DNA from: Hypanus sabinus | Lineage: Eukaryota | Assembly: GCF_030144855.1 (NCBI RefSeq) | Contig: NC_082721.1 | Coordinates: 56,792,001 to 56,856,000, forward strand | Length of the DNA: 64,000 bases | Direction: 5' to 3' | Part shown: positions 13,786-26,509 of the stretch, one piece after another | Position numbering within the stretch: position 1 is the stretch's first letter | How the letters are laid out: every line of letters starts with the position of its first letter | Made by a program: the position numbers and the translations under genes | Notes under the pieces: model-generated | Databases searched by the model: none | What the model saw: the letters and a program-made list of their open reading frames with translations, nothing else | Told to the model about the DNA's origin: nothing

Positions 13786-14834
13786 ATATTGGACATCTGA
13801 TTCACAGTTAAAACTGTACTCGAAATGAAGCTACTGGGTACTCGCCATATTATCTGATGTTTGGGCACAAGGTGAGGCTGCCCATTCACCTTTGTTTTGG
13901 GGCTGACAGGGGTGACTTACCACTGAAGAATTAACTAAAGTACATGTCTGATATGAGAAGAGAGCTGAAAAGGGCTATGAATTAGCTGGGGTTGCGGCTG
14001 CCAAGCAGAATCAAGGAAATAAGAGGAGGTATGATGAAAAGGTGAGGTTCTCCCAACTCCTGCCGGGAGAACAAGTCCTCATTAGGAATTTAGGGCTACC
14101 TGGGAAACATAAACATAAAGTGGCTAAGCCCCAAGTGATGGACATTCAGGTGCCAAACCTACCAGTTTTCCGGGTGAAACCAGAGGATGGAAATGGACCT
14201 GTCAAGATTCTCCATCAGAATCACCTGCAGCCCCTGGGACAAGAGGTGCAGGTAGACACAGGGCGACTGCAGGGCCAAGAGCAGGAGAGGTTAAGCTGGC
14301 CCCCACCCAAGAGGGCTAATGATTCAGAGGATGAGGACCTGGATGTGTGGTATATGCTGCCCTTTGCTAACTCCCCATTGATAGAGGAAGAGACTCCCAG
14401 CCCTTCTCCCGCTGAGTCAGGTGAAGTGGTGGTGTTGGGGGGGGAGGGGGGGGGGAACCTATCCGTGGACAGCCTGGGTTGCAGCGGGACCCTGCAAAGG
14501 AGGAAGTGAGGCTTGGCCAAGGGACAGAGTGGGGTCTGAGTTACAGGTAGGCACGAGTGATAGGTCGGGGGAGGCCTCGCCAGGTAGACCAGAAGTATCC
14601 CCAGCAGCGTGTGAACCTGAAGAGCTAGGTGAGGTGGTGCGGAGGTCTCAGAGATTAAGGAGACCACTGGATAAGCTGGTCTAGGCAGCACCAGGGGAAC
14701 AGAGAGTGACCCCCACCATTTTAGGGAGCTATGCCACTGCCTTTTACACCTAGACTGGACTTTGTGTTTTGCAGGAAGGTTTGGAAAATTATCTCAACGT
14801 CATGAGAACATGACTAAGTTTGGTGGGGGGAGAG

Positions 14835-15392
14835 GGTAACTCGCTATAAGATTTCACTGCTGAAGTTATGGCCACTCTGAAATGTTCCACTGCTAAGGTA
14901 ATGGTTTCTCTGTAGCAGCAATGTTTGGGTTATGACTAGAGAAAACGGGGCCTATGGAATGTGCGTTAGCCAATGAGTGGGATGTTGTCTTTCTTGGGGA
15001 TCTGGGAGCAGGGACTTCACGCTCCTTTGTCGGTGAGAGATGAAGAAGGAAGACGTGTGTGTAGAGAACTAGTGGATGGGGAGCAAGGGTCTGAAGGTCA
15101 GCAACGCTTGGAGGTCGAATGGTGGACGAATGGCCTTATCAGTGAGCTCCTACGTAAATATTTGGCTTTTCCTAAAATGGGCTCTTTTTATTTTCATTTT
15201 CTTTGCTAACCCTATACTCAGATAAAGATTTATAAAGTTCAATCATTCAATTGCATACAGTGTACTGTCTGATACTTTACGGTTCAGATTTATAACCAGG
15301 CAACGTATCACGCAGCATCCACACAAATCAGATTTCTCAGTTTGGCTGTCTTCTCCTAGATGAACACGTGCTGGCCGAACCTGAGGGTTACA
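14835..15392 (+). repeat. Gypsy 3' LTR (about 558 bp)
   Basis: Follows the PPT; ends gGTAAC...GTTACA; abuts CR1 RT sequence at 15393. Confidence 0.8.
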
Positions 15393-16510
15393 CACCTTAT
15401 CAAACACCTTCTGAAAATCCAAGTAAATGACATCCACTGCCTCTCCTTTGTCCACCCTGCTTGTAACTTCCTCAAAGAACTTTAATAGATCTGCCAAGCA
15501 AGTTTTCCCTTTATAGAAAACATGCTGACTTGGACTTATTTTATCTTTAGTCTTCAAGTACCCTACAACCTCATCCTTAATAATAGACTCCAAATACTTT
15601 CCCCAACCACTGAGGTTAGGCTATCTGGCCTATTATTCCCTTTCTGTTGCTTTCCTCCCTTGCAAGTTTCCAGTCCTCTGGGACCATACCAGGATCAAAT
15701 GATTCTTGAAAGATCATGACCAATGGAGACATTATCTCTTCAGCAACCTCTCTCATGACTATGGGATGGAAAGCACCTGATCCAGGTGACTTATCCACCT
15801 TAAGACCTTTCAGTTTGCCTAGCACTTTCTCCTTTGTAATAGCAATGGCCCTTACTCCTGCTCCCTACTTACTCCGGCACACTACTAGTGTCTTCCACAG
15901 TTTCATTTTCATCTGCCATTTCTTTGTTCCCCATTACTACCTCGCTAGCATAATTTTCCAGTGGTCCAATATCAACTCTCACCTCCCTTTATATAACTGA
16001 AAAAACTTTTAGTATCTTGCTTTACATTATTGACTAGTTTGCTCTCATGTTTCATCTTTTCTTTCTTATAGCTTTGGATGCTAAGTTCCCAGTTCCAGTT
16101 AACTTTCAGCCATGACCTCCGTGAGGCCCACATCATAATATCTGCCAGTTTCTAAATGCCTTATATTGTATACTGAGTACATTCAAATATATCACCTTCG
16201 GTTCTGTATTCACCACCGTTCTTTCAAATTTTGTCATTTTTTTCTTTATTCCGGAGACTTCTGCAGCTTCTCCTGCACTCTTTCCATTTACTTCATTTAT
16301 ATTTCCCAACATTGTTCAACCCACCCTCTGATTATCAAGTTTAAAGCCCTATCCACAGTCCTAGTTACGAAATTTGTCAGGACCCTGGTCCAGCATGATT
16401 CAGGTGGATCCCAGCCTATCAGATTAGCTCTCACCTTCCCCACTGGTGCTAATGTCCCACAAATTCAAACCCACTTCTCCCACACCATTTTTAAGTCACA
16501 TATTTAATCT
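15393..16510 (-). mobile_element. Decayed CR1 ORF2 fragment
   Basis: VDVIYLDFQKVFDKV and LKVDKSPG motifs. Confidence 0.85.
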
Positions 16511-16772
16511 AATTTTATTAAGTCTGTGCTACTTCTTATAGTAAAAGATGGTTTAGGATGGAGAGTGAAACTTATTAAGAACATTTTTTCTCTCATGATC
16601 CTTCAACCAGAATCACTTTTTGCACATTTCAAAACTGCAACACTTTCAGAAGTCTTTAAAATTAATAATCAGAAAACACTTCTAGTATAAAATGGCTGCA
16701 ATATTTCTTATATATTTTGAATTTTTGAATAAACCATGGAACATTATCCTCTACTGCTTACATTTTACTTAC

Positions 16773-16920
16773 CATAGCATAGAGGTTGTCATAACCTTTC
16801 ACTTTGGTTGGCACTTTGGAGAATTTCTGATCAAATGCATCAGAAATGTTATGGGCTGGGTCCGTTGAAATAATCAGCACAGTCTCTCGGACCTCTGACA
16901 ACTGCACAGCCAAGCTGCAA
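16773..16920 (-). CDS. GET3: GET3 coding exon 2 (switch I, STDPAH)
   Basis: Acceptor aaacag|T, donor ATG|GTAAGT; 148 nt; encodes [49 protein letters not shown]. Confidence 0.97.
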
Positions 16921-17214
16921 CTGTTTGATAGAAATAAGTTTCTATTTATAAAGCTGTACTCACTGAGTGAAGTAATTTTTCAACCAATGGAAAACATTAC
17001 AATTTAAATATTGTTAAGGAGCTATCTTTATTGTTTTTATTTTAAATAGTAAGCTCCAACAATCTGCAAAATGATCATGACATTTTAGAAATGTTCAGTT
17101 TTAAATTGTTGATCGCATGTCAGGAATAATTTCTCCACTCTTCAGCAGGATGCAGCAAGATCATGAATGATCAAAAGAAGTAGATACACATATGTAACAT
17201 ATGTTTAGTAACAC

Positions 17215-17730
17215 ATAAGAGACTACATAGAACATAGAAACTACAGTACACATTCTTCTTTGACCATTTAAGATCAATTTAAGCTACTCTAAAATCAACT
17301 TAAACCTGCCCTCCCACACAGTGCTTCATTCTTCTAACATCCATATGGCTATCTAAGATTTTCTTAAACATCCCTAATACATCTGCCTGTATCATCACCC
17401 CAGCAGCATGATCCACATACTTAACATTCTGTAAAAAAGACATTATCTCTGACATTACCCCTTTTCTTTCCTTAAAATTATGCCTATTCATATATGCCAT
17501 TTCCACCCAGGGAAACATTCTCTTACTGCCTACTCAATTTATGGCTATTATCTTGTGCACCTCATCTTCCTTCACTATAAAGAGAAAAGCCCTCACTTGC
17601 TCAACTTATCTTCATAAAACATGCTCTCTAAGCCACACAGGATACCACACATCCTAGTACATCTTTCTGCATTGTCTCTAAAGCTTCCACATTCTTCCTA
17701 TAATGAGGTAATCAGAACTGACACAACATT
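17215..17730 (-). mobile_element. CR1 3' fragment
   Basis: catagaacatagaa tail and CR1 3'-ORF2-like sequence. Confidence 0.7.
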
Positions 17731-18907
17731 AGCACCCAAGTGCCTTTAAAACAAAGCTTTTTAAAAGATTCAGATGCAGCTGCTACCAATTGAATTTTAG
17801 CTGGCAAACTTACAAGTAGACACAACTATGAAACAAAGCTGATATTATGGCAAGATGCAAGTCATTATTGCTCCCAATTCACACAATTTATTCTACGAGA
17901 AGGACCAATGTCCTATACCTAAGAAAATGTTCTGCAAAAATGGTCAGGGAAGAAAAGAGCTAGACATAACTGTCAACAGATTACTTAAGCTTGTATTTTC
18001 CTTAACCTTGTACTTGGCTTAGAAGTAGTCATTGTAAAGGCTTCAAAAACTATTAGTACCTCAGCCAAATTCTCATGTAAATGGCAAATGCTATTATTAT
18101 TTCTGACACAAAGTCAATTTCTACTACACCACAGTAACAGTCAAATTAAAATTTTAATAGAAATATTCCATCACTACCTATGCGCTTTCAAGAATGCTAA
18201 TGAAGACAAAAAGAATGACAGAAAAATTCAGATCAGGCAACACCTGTAAGAGAGAAAAATTGATTTAACAAGTGAGGTCACTGAAGAATTATTGAACTGA
18301 AAACACTCTTTCCACAGATGCTGTCCAATCTCACAGACATTTCCTCCACTTTGTTTTCGTTTCAGATATTCAGTGTTAGCTTTTTCTTCAGTTTTTTTTA
18401 AAATAAGAAAGCCATTACAAATGTCTTCAACTTGTTTATGACTTTAAAATCTATTGGAAGATTAAGTTTTGATTTTCATTTGGATGGTGTATCAGTACCT
18501 CCAAGAACATAATAATTAGGTGTAAGAGTAGATCATTAAGATCATGGTTAATCAACCTCAATTCTTCTACAATCCTCACATTCCTTAACACCAAAATAAC
18601 TGGTTTTGAATGAACAATGACAGAACCTCTAAAACTCCCAAGTACAGAATAGAAAAAATTCACCACGCCAAGTGACAAAATTTCTCCTCACCATCCCTTA
18701 TTCTGAAATTGTGACTGATTTTAAATCCCATGGCCAAGGGAAGGCATTCTCCCCACATTCACCCTGTTGAACATTTCGAAGTTTCAATGAGATCTTGTCC
18801 ATCTGAACACTACAGAACTTGTTGATTTAATCTGATCCCAATGACAAACCATCACTAAGATGATTCTTCACTAGACTACATGACATATACCACACACAAA
18901 ATGCTGC

Positions 18908-19700
18908 AATCAAAATCAGATTTATTATCACTGGCATGTGTTGTGAAATTTGTTAACTTAGCAGCAGTTTAATGCAATGCATAATCTAGATGAAAAAAAC
19001 TAGTAAATAAGTAAATCAATTACAGTACACGTATATTGAATAGATTAAAAATCCTACAAAAAACAGAAATTATATATATTAAAAAAGTGAGGTGGTGTTC
19101 AAGGGTTCAAAGTCCATTTAGGGATTGGATGGCAGAAGGGAAGAAGCTGTTCCTGAATCGCTGAGCGTGTGCCTTCAGGCTTCTATACCTCCAACCTGAT
19201 GGTAACTGTGAGAAAACGGCATGCCCTGGGTGCTGGAGGTACTTAATAATGGATGCTGCCTTTCTGAGATACCACTCCTGGGTATTTTGTAGGCTAGTAC
19301 CCAAGATGGATACAACCATCTGCGTCTTAGCCCCCACCCCACCCCCCGATACCAAACAGTGATGCAGCCTGTCAGAATGTTCCCCACAGTATGTCTATAG
19401 AAGTTCTTGAATGTATTTGTTGACATAGGAAATCTCTTCAAACTCCTAATGTAGCCACTGTCTTGCCTTCTTTTTAACTGCATCGATATGTTGGGATCAG
19501 GTTAGATCCTCAGTGATCTTGACACCTAGGAACTTAAAACTGCTCACTTTCTTCACTTCTGAATCCTCTGAGGATTGGTATGTGTTCCTTCGTCTTACCC
19601 TTCCTGAAGTTCACAATCAGCTCTTTTGTCTTACTGATGTTGAGAGCCGGATTGTTGCAGCAACACTACTCCACTAGATGGCATATCTCACTCCTGTACG
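18908..19700 (-). mobile_element. Rex1/Babar-like LINE 3' fragment
   Basis: FYRHTVGNILTGCITVWY and HPGHAVFSQLPSGWRYRSL...RFRNSFFPSAI motifs. Confidence 0.8.
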
Positions 19701-19861
19701 AACTCCGCAGGTTAGGCAGCATCTATGGAAATAGTTTTTTTTAAATGGTTTGCTGTTTTCCATAAAAGCCGCCTGACCTGCTCAGTTCCTCCAGTATCTT
19801 GTGTGTTTCTTCGATTTCCAGCATTTGCAGATTTTCTTGTATTTGTGGTTATATGACAAAT

Positions 19862-20075
19862 ACACTTGGTGGCCACTTTATTAGGTATAATTGCTCATTA
19901 ATGCAAATATCTCATCACCAATCATGTGGCAGCAACTCATTTCAAAAACACATGCAGAAATGGTCAAGGGGTTCAATTGTTCAGACCAAACAGAGTGGGA
20001 AAGATGTGATCTAAGTGACTTTGACCATGGATAACTGCTGGTGCCTGATGGGGTAGTTTGTGTATTCCAGAAATC
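19862..20075 (+). mobile_element. Tc1-like element left end
   Basis: cacttggtggccactttattagg terminal sequence followed by the transposase N-terminal region (DLSDFDHG). Confidence 0.7.
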
Positions 20076-20599
20076 CGTTGAACATTTATATATATGACAT
20101 GCTGTGTACATACATCTACCGATGTCTCCGGACACATCTTCAGTGATGTTCATATGTACTCTGATAATAAATTTTACTTTTGAGTTTTGAAATATTAAAA
20201 GACATAGACAGAGTGGATGTGTAGAGAAGGTTCCTATATTTGGGGAATTGAGGACCAGAAGGCACAACCTCAGAATAGAGGGATGTCTGTTTAAGACAGA
20301 GATGGAAGGGGAATTTCTTCAGCCAGTGGCTGATTGTGGAGATGGCTGTGGAGGCCAAGTCATTTAGTATAGTATACTTAATGCAGAGGTTGACAGGTTC
20401 TTGGTTAGTCAGGGTGTCAAAGGTTACAGGGAGAAGGCAGGAGAATGGAACCGAGGGATAATAAATCAGCCATGATGGAATTGCACAGAAGACTCAATAG
20501 GCCAAATAGCCTCTCCTGCTCCCATGTCTTATGGACTCCAGGTGTAGAATCATATCTTAACTCCCAAGTAGTACAAACAAAAAAAGAAAAACTAAAAGA

Positions 20600-21150
20600 A
20601 AACAGTAAACTAATTTACATGGTTTCATTGTCCATTGATGATAGAGAGGAAAAAGCTATTCCTAAAACATAGCGTGTGTCTTCAGGCTCCTGTACTTTCT
20701 CTTTGATGATGGCAATGAGAAGAGGGCATGTCCTGGGTGATGGGGGTCTTTAATGATGGATGCTGCCTTTTTGAGGCATCACCTTTTGAAGATGCTCTCG
20801 ATGATGGAGAGGTCACTGCCCATGATACAGCTGACTGAGTTTGCAACTTTCTAAAGCTTTTTCCAATCTTGTCTGAGGCCCCTTCATACCAGACAGTGAT
20901 GCAACCAGTTAGAATATGCTCCACTGTACATTTGTAGAAACTGGCAATAGTCTTTGATGACATACTTCAAACTTCCAATGAATTATAACCACCGTAGTGC
21001 CTTCTTTATAATTGCAGCAACATGTTGGGCCAAAGGCAGGTCTTCAGAGATGTTGACACCCAGGAACATGAAACTGCTCACCCTTTCCACTGCTGATCAC
21101 TCAATGAGGACTGATGTGTTTTCCCTCAACTTCCCCTTCCTGAAGTCCAC
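20600..21150 (-). mobile_element. Rex1/Babar-like LINE 3' fragment
   Basis: FYKCTVEHILTGCITVWY motif (ORF 20682-20963). Confidence 0.75.
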
Positions 21151-21962
21151 ATTTGCTTTCTTGGGGAAAATCTAACGAACAACCAAGGTATTTTATTAAA
21201 TAAAAGAAAGCCAGGGTAGTACTTTCTTAGAGTCAGAATTATAAACCATGAGTTGCTGCCACATGACTGGCTGATTAAACATTTGCATTAATATGCAGGT
21301 GTACCTAATAAAGTGGCCACATAGTGTATTCGTCATATAACCACAAATACAAGAAAATCTGCAAATGCTGAAAATCGAAGAAACACACAAAATACTGGAG
21401 GAATTGAGCAGGTCAGGCAGCTTTTATGGAAAACAGCAAACCATTTTTTTTTTTACGGGCTCAACTCTCCCAATCATCAAGGACACCCTCAGAGGCGAAG
21501 ACTCAAAAAAATGGTATCCATCATTTGGACCCTCACCATCTGGGGCACACTTTCTTCTCATTACTATCATTAGAGAGGAGGTACAGGAGCCCGAAGACCT
21601 ACGTTGAATGATTAAGTAACAACTTCTCCACTATCAGATTTCAGAACGGTCCATAAATCCTCAATCCCAACCAACACCCCAACTGTCCACTTCCCTCTAT
21701 AGACATTATCTAACCCACTGAATGCCTGCAGCATTGTCTGTGCGTTGTGCAATTTTATAGCGTTGTACTATACTGCTGCGACAAATAATAAATTTCATAT
21801 TATACAAGTCAGTGATAATAAATGGCCATTTTGATTTATTAAAACACTCTGCCCATAGACCGTTTATGATCAGGGTTCCCGCCCGCCTCGGATACAAGGC
21901 CGGGATCTAGGAGAGCCCGTAGACATATCTAGGACATACTGTGCGGGACTTCGGCCAGTTAC

Positions 21963-22102
21963 CTGCAGGTGGTTTTCCCTACTCCTCCCTTGCCGCCCAC
22001 AAAGATCCACTTGAGCGACTTCTGCTCAATAATGTTGGTCAGGGTGGGCTCCAACGGCTCCACGTCAATAGCGTCCTCGAACTCCTCGTCCATGCCCGCC
22101 AT
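21963..22102 (-). CDS. GET3: GET3 coding exon 1 (deviant P-loop)
   Basis: ATG at 22102 in GAAGATGGCG context; encodes [46 protein letters not shown]; donor AG|GTAACT; 140 nt, phase 2. Confidence 0.96.
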
Positions 22103-22484
22103 CTTCTGTCGTCACGTGATCATTCTTCTCCTGTCAGCAGCGTTAATTGGCACATGCCTCCCCGCTATAATACCTCTTAATTTTAAAGTAGTTCTTTATC
22201 AACATACTATTGAACAGTCAAGTATTTTAAATTTCTGGATCAGTATTCTGAAATGTATTTTTATAATAAAATACATTCCGTCACTGCTTCACGACCCATT
22301 ATCCTTTGCGGGTTCAGTTTTTGACAAATTTTCCCTTTACAAATTGGTTCTGCCGGATTCATACATTGTAAAATGCACAACTGTGCGTGTAGATAGTGTC
22401 TGAGTGGTTATTTTGTTCATTTAGCATTTGTTCCTTTCACAACTATCAGGGCTCCCAGCAGACGTAGCGGCCGGGGTAGCCAAG
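22103..22484. promoter_or_regulatory. Bidirectional GET3/TRIR promoter and 5' UTRs
   Basis: Divergent ATGs at 22102(-) and 22485(+); GTCACGTGAT E-box at 22111-22120; ATTGG at 22343-22347; both ATGs lie in AAGATGGCGG (YY1-like) motifs; CpG-rich exons flank it. Confidence 0.8.
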
Positions 22485-22766
22485 ATGGCGGAGCGGAGAC
22501 GGGGCCGCGAAGCTTCTGGAAGTGCTGGGCGGCGGGAAGCGGGCGGTAGCCCGGGTGGAGGGTCGGCAGCAGCTTCGGGCAGCCCAGCCCGCACCCCCGG
22601 CGTCAATGCCTTCGCCAACGACGGCAGCTTCATGGAGCTTTTCAAGAAGATGGAGGAGGAGAAGCAGAGGCGGGAAGCGAGCGGTGCTGACGCGGAGAAC
22701 GGCGGCAAGCGAGGCCCCGAAGCCGGGAGCGACGGCCATCCCGGCAGGAAACCCACACTGAATATT
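22485..22766 (+). CDS. TRIR: TRIR coding exon 1
   Basis: CAAGATGGCG start; GC/CpG-rich; 94 codons including GVNAFANDGSFMELFKKMEEE; donor ATT|GTAAGA. Confidence 0.93.
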
Positions 22767-25700
22767 GTAAGAGCGAGAGATTTGGCTCTGATTTGCCTCG
22801 GTAATGAATGGGGCTGGGGTGAAGATACCAGTGATAAACCGTGCCCACAGGTTGACCTCCTTGGTGTTGGAGTCACAGAGGAGACACCGCCTGCCTTTAC
22901 AGAAAAACCTGGAAAACTTACCCCTACCACCTCTCCTCCCACCGCACACAGATACACGCTGTTGGTCGTCAAACGTGTAAATCCAAAGCCGGTCCCCTCT
23001 CACTAAAGCCAGTCGCTGTCAAAATGGTGATGTATAAATGAACCAAGGTGTTGGATTTAGCCACAAATGTCAGGAACTGACATACAGAGGAGCAACAACC
23101 TGCTGGAGGAACTCCACAAAGGCGCTGCATCTGTGGTCTCTTATGTCTTCATTTTGCTGGGGGAGCTCAGCATGCTGAGCAGCATAGATGTGCCATTACT
23201 TTCTCCCCCTCCCTGCCCGCCCAAATGATGTTGCCTCATCTGCTGAGTTCCTCCAGCAGACTGTTGCTCCAGATTCATCCTTCCTAGTGAGTGAAGGATG
23301 GGCATTGTGTTAGTTGTAGCTCCCAGCTGTAGCTGGGAAGTTATGAAATATGTAATCCAGAATGGCATTTCAGTCTTGTGCTCCTTGAGATTCTGTTATA
23401 TACATCCACCTAATAGATTTAGAAAAGATGCAAATATATACTTCATCAACCAAAGTGGTGTGAATGGAGAATACTAGGACTTCACCAGCACAAAACAAGA
23501 TACTCACAGGACAAGTTGATTTGTTTTTGAAGAATACTACGTGTTAATCAAAATGCTGGAAATACTTGTATCAGACATTGTTTGTAGTGTGAAATGTAAT
23601 GTGTTAGATCAGAAATCTATTACAGATTATTTTAAAATTTTCTATTATATTAATGGCATGAAGTAAAATAAAAGTAAACCCTAGCTAAAGTGTTCTGTAA
23701 TTCCAAGTACCAAAATGGTAAAGGTTGGTTTTATCAATTAGACAGAAGAGTTGTGCAGTTGTTTTTAAGCCAAGGTTCAGGGGACATTTAATAGTCCCCT
23801 GTTCAAAATTATGAAGGATATAGATAGAGCAGTCAGGGAGACAGTGGTACTGAATTGGATACTGAGTCCTGAAGGAGACACAAGACTGCAGATGCCGGAA
23901 GCTGAAACAAAAATTAAGCAACTGGAGAACTCAATAGGTCAGACAGTATCTGTGGGCAAATGAATAGTCACTATTTTAAGTGGAGCTCCAACAACAGGAC
24001 TGAGAATGTTGAAGGAAAGTAGCAAGAGTTATAAAAATGAGGGGTGGAACAGAGGCTGGTGAGTAGAACCAGATGAGCAGCAGGTGCTAGGCAGATGGAA
24101 TTGGGTGAGGAGGAATGTTGCAAACTTTATCTAGATCCATCTGCACCTACCCGTCTCTCTTGTCTATAGTGTTTCCAGTATTTTATGGTTTTATATAATT
24201 GTGAAGTTTGAAGAGCTATGGGAAGAAAGCTGGATGGGTGTTTCAAAGAGTTGACATATACATGATGGAATAAAGGTACTCGAGTGAAAAGGTTGTAAGT
24301 CTGATATAAAACTGACAATGAGTGGAGTATTTGGCATCTCAGGAGAGAGCACTAATCAATATTTCAGATCAGACATTACTTTAGAAGTTGGTGAACTTAT
24401 TAGGATAGTTGCAGTTTTGTGGTTTCCTAACATTTGCCTTTTAGGCAATGTTACTAAATCAAACTAGCTCACTTATGGTTTGAGGGGCTTGCTGTATGCA
24501 AATTGGCTTCTGTGTCCTCTACATTGCAATGGTTACTGCGTTTTCAAAAGAATTCTGAAGTGTTTTGAGATGTCCTAAAATGGAGAGCAACAGCTGTGGC
24601 ACCCTACATAAGGTCAGAAAATAGATAAATCAATCAGAGTTTCCTAATGAAAAGAATAGGCATAAAAACTTTTTTATGGAAAAAAAGAACAAAGGAAAAC
24701 CTTAAGAGTTGTGAGCTGGCCTGTATGTTTCTTTCCTATTAAGTCTTAAACTGAGGTAATCCCTTAGAGCTTGAGGACTCAATGCAGGAGTTTTTTTTTA
24801 ATGCCCTGAATTGTTCACCTCTTGTCTATTGTTTTACAGCTGCTATATTTTTTGAAAAAGCAAATGCCTTGACACCCTTACTCTTTAACCCAAATACTTG
24901 ACATATTTGTAGATATGGTTTTGAGATCATTTGAGTTGTTTAGGGAATAAATTGAAGAATTTGATTTGTTTTCTGAATTTCACTCTTGATAGCCTAGACC
25001 AGGGGTCAGCAACCTTTACCACTGAAAGAGCCACTTGGACCCGTTTCCCACAGAAAAGAAAACACTGGGAGCCGCAAAACCCGTTTGACATTTAAAATGA
25101 AATAACACTGCATACAACGTTTTGTTTTGCCTTTATGCTATGTATAAACAAACTATAATGTGTTGCATTTATGAAATTGATGAACTCCTGCAGAGAAAAC
25201 GAAATTACATTTCTGCATGCAACAAAAACATGTTGACCTCCGAAAAAAAGACGTTGGGTTGAAGGTTACTTTTAAGTAAAATACTCAACGTCTATTTGAG
25301 TCCTTCTTGTATTTATGAAAAACGCCAAACTTAAATTTGCCGCCAGCAGCAAACCAAAAATAACGTCAGCCAGCTGTCAACCTGAAAAATAAAAGGACTA
25401 TTTCACTGAACAATGAAAGCATATGAATATACGTAAAATAATAGGCAATTAAAATATTTATCATCCTTGTTCAGGTTGACTCACACCTGACAATGCAGTC
25501 GTATTCAGTAGGGATGGATCGATGCTTAGGGGAGTGACCAGGAAGGATAATGTGTTTTTTTCCTCTCTGAACTCACAGAAGCGTTTCCCAAACGATGTTT
25601 GCATTGCGATGATTGCCCAATGTAAATACTCCGAATTTATCATGTCGTGACCTTTTTTGAACTCTCTCAAATTGGGGAAGTGAGACAATGTGCCTTTCTG

Positions 25701-25975
25701 TAAATCTCTGGCAAGCAACGTCAACTTGCGCTCGAATGCCAAAACATCCTCCAACATGTGCAGGGCTGTACGTCCTTACCCCGTTGAAGAGCTGTGTTCA
25801 GCGTGTTCAGGTGCGCTGTTATGTCTACCATGAAGTGTAGCTTTTCCAGCCACTCTGGCTGTTCCAGCTCAGGAAAGGTGAGCCCTTTGCTGCCCAGGAA
25901 AGTTTTCACTTCTTCCAGACACGCGACAAAGCGTTTCAGCACCTCCCCTCTGGACAGCCAGTGATAAAAACACGT

Positions 25976-26189
25976 TGTAGCGGTTGCTACACGCAGTCAG
26001 TAAACTGCAGTCAAAGATAGCTTTATTCGAACTAAACAGCCTTGCTTTTAAGCCTCCCTCAACCCGCCCCCCATGGGCGCGGATGCTGCAAAAGACACGT
26101 ACTCACAAACCCCCGTAGGCTATCTCCCTTAGCCTGAACGCTGGCTAATTGTGAGCCGGTTCGGATGTGTCAGGAAATGGGTCGCCACA
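25976..26189 (-). repeat. Solo LTR inside hAT (copy 1)
   Basis: TGTAGCG...CGCCACA termini; flanks ACGT/AAGT; minus-strand AATAAA; homologous to copy 2. Confidence 0.7.
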
Positions 26190-26294
26190 AAGTCTTATTT
26201 AGATTGTACAAGATCACCATAATCTTCAAATTTAGATTTACATTTCAAAAACTAACAAACTAACATAAAATACATTTTAATTAAATACTGACCA

Positions 26295-26509
26295 TGTAGC
26301 GGTGTGCTACACGCAGCGCTAAAATTACGACACGGAGTCGGTAACTGCAGTCGAAGGAAAAAACTTTATTCGAAATCTTCAGCCTCACTTTTAAGCCTCC
26401 CTCAACCTGCCCCCCATGGCGCAGAGGCTCCAAAGCTCTGTGCTCGCAAACCCCCGTAGGCTATCTAATTGTGAGTCGGTTCGGATGTGCCAGGAAAAGG
26501 GTCGCCACA
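26295..26509 (-). repeat. Solo LTR inside hAT (copy 2)
   Basis: TGTAGCG...CGCCACA termini; perfect 4-bp TSD ACCA (26291-26294, 26510-26513). Confidence 0.8.

Larger units (their letters stand above)
12255..15392 (+). mobile_element. 5'-truncated gypsy LTR retrotransposon (RNase H, integrase, PPT, 3' LTR)
   Basis: NYPMHKLEFLALKWVV...FEVRTNNNPL RNase H; VLVIMDHYTSYAQAFPTKDQ and [11 protein letters not shown] integrase pieces; purine tract at 14825-14834 then LTR. Confidence 0.9.
19743..21446. repeat. Inverted duplication; arms 19743-19940 and 21248-21446
   Basis: Near-identical reverse-complement arms; also visible as twin ORFs MCVSSI.SICRFSCICGYMTNTL on opposite strands. Confidence 0.9.
1840..22102 (-). 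other. GET3: GET3/ASNA1 gene span (partial; coding exons 1-4: 22102-21963, 16920-16773, 4465-4317, 1990-1840; remaining exons left of window)
   Basis: Four GT-AG exons splice in frame to [21 protein letters not shown]...[21 protein letters not shown]...[12 protein letters not shown]...PGIDEAMSY...[13 protein letters not shown]...SPFISQ, the ArsA/GET3 ATPase motifs. Confidence 0.97.

Noticed and set aside
22421-23006. Overlapping 183-192 aa ORFs on both strands
   Set aside because: GC-rich TRIR exon 1 plus intron read-through and antisense shadows; the real CDS is 22485-22766.
25461-25942. GTF2IRD2-like domesticated gene
   Set aside because: Frameshifted internal fragment inside TIRs and TSD; a transposon remnant.
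25976-26509. Single miniature LTR element (TRIM) with a 105-bp interior
   Set aside because: Each LTR has its own 4-bp flank duplication, and I see no clear PBS or PPT in the spacer.
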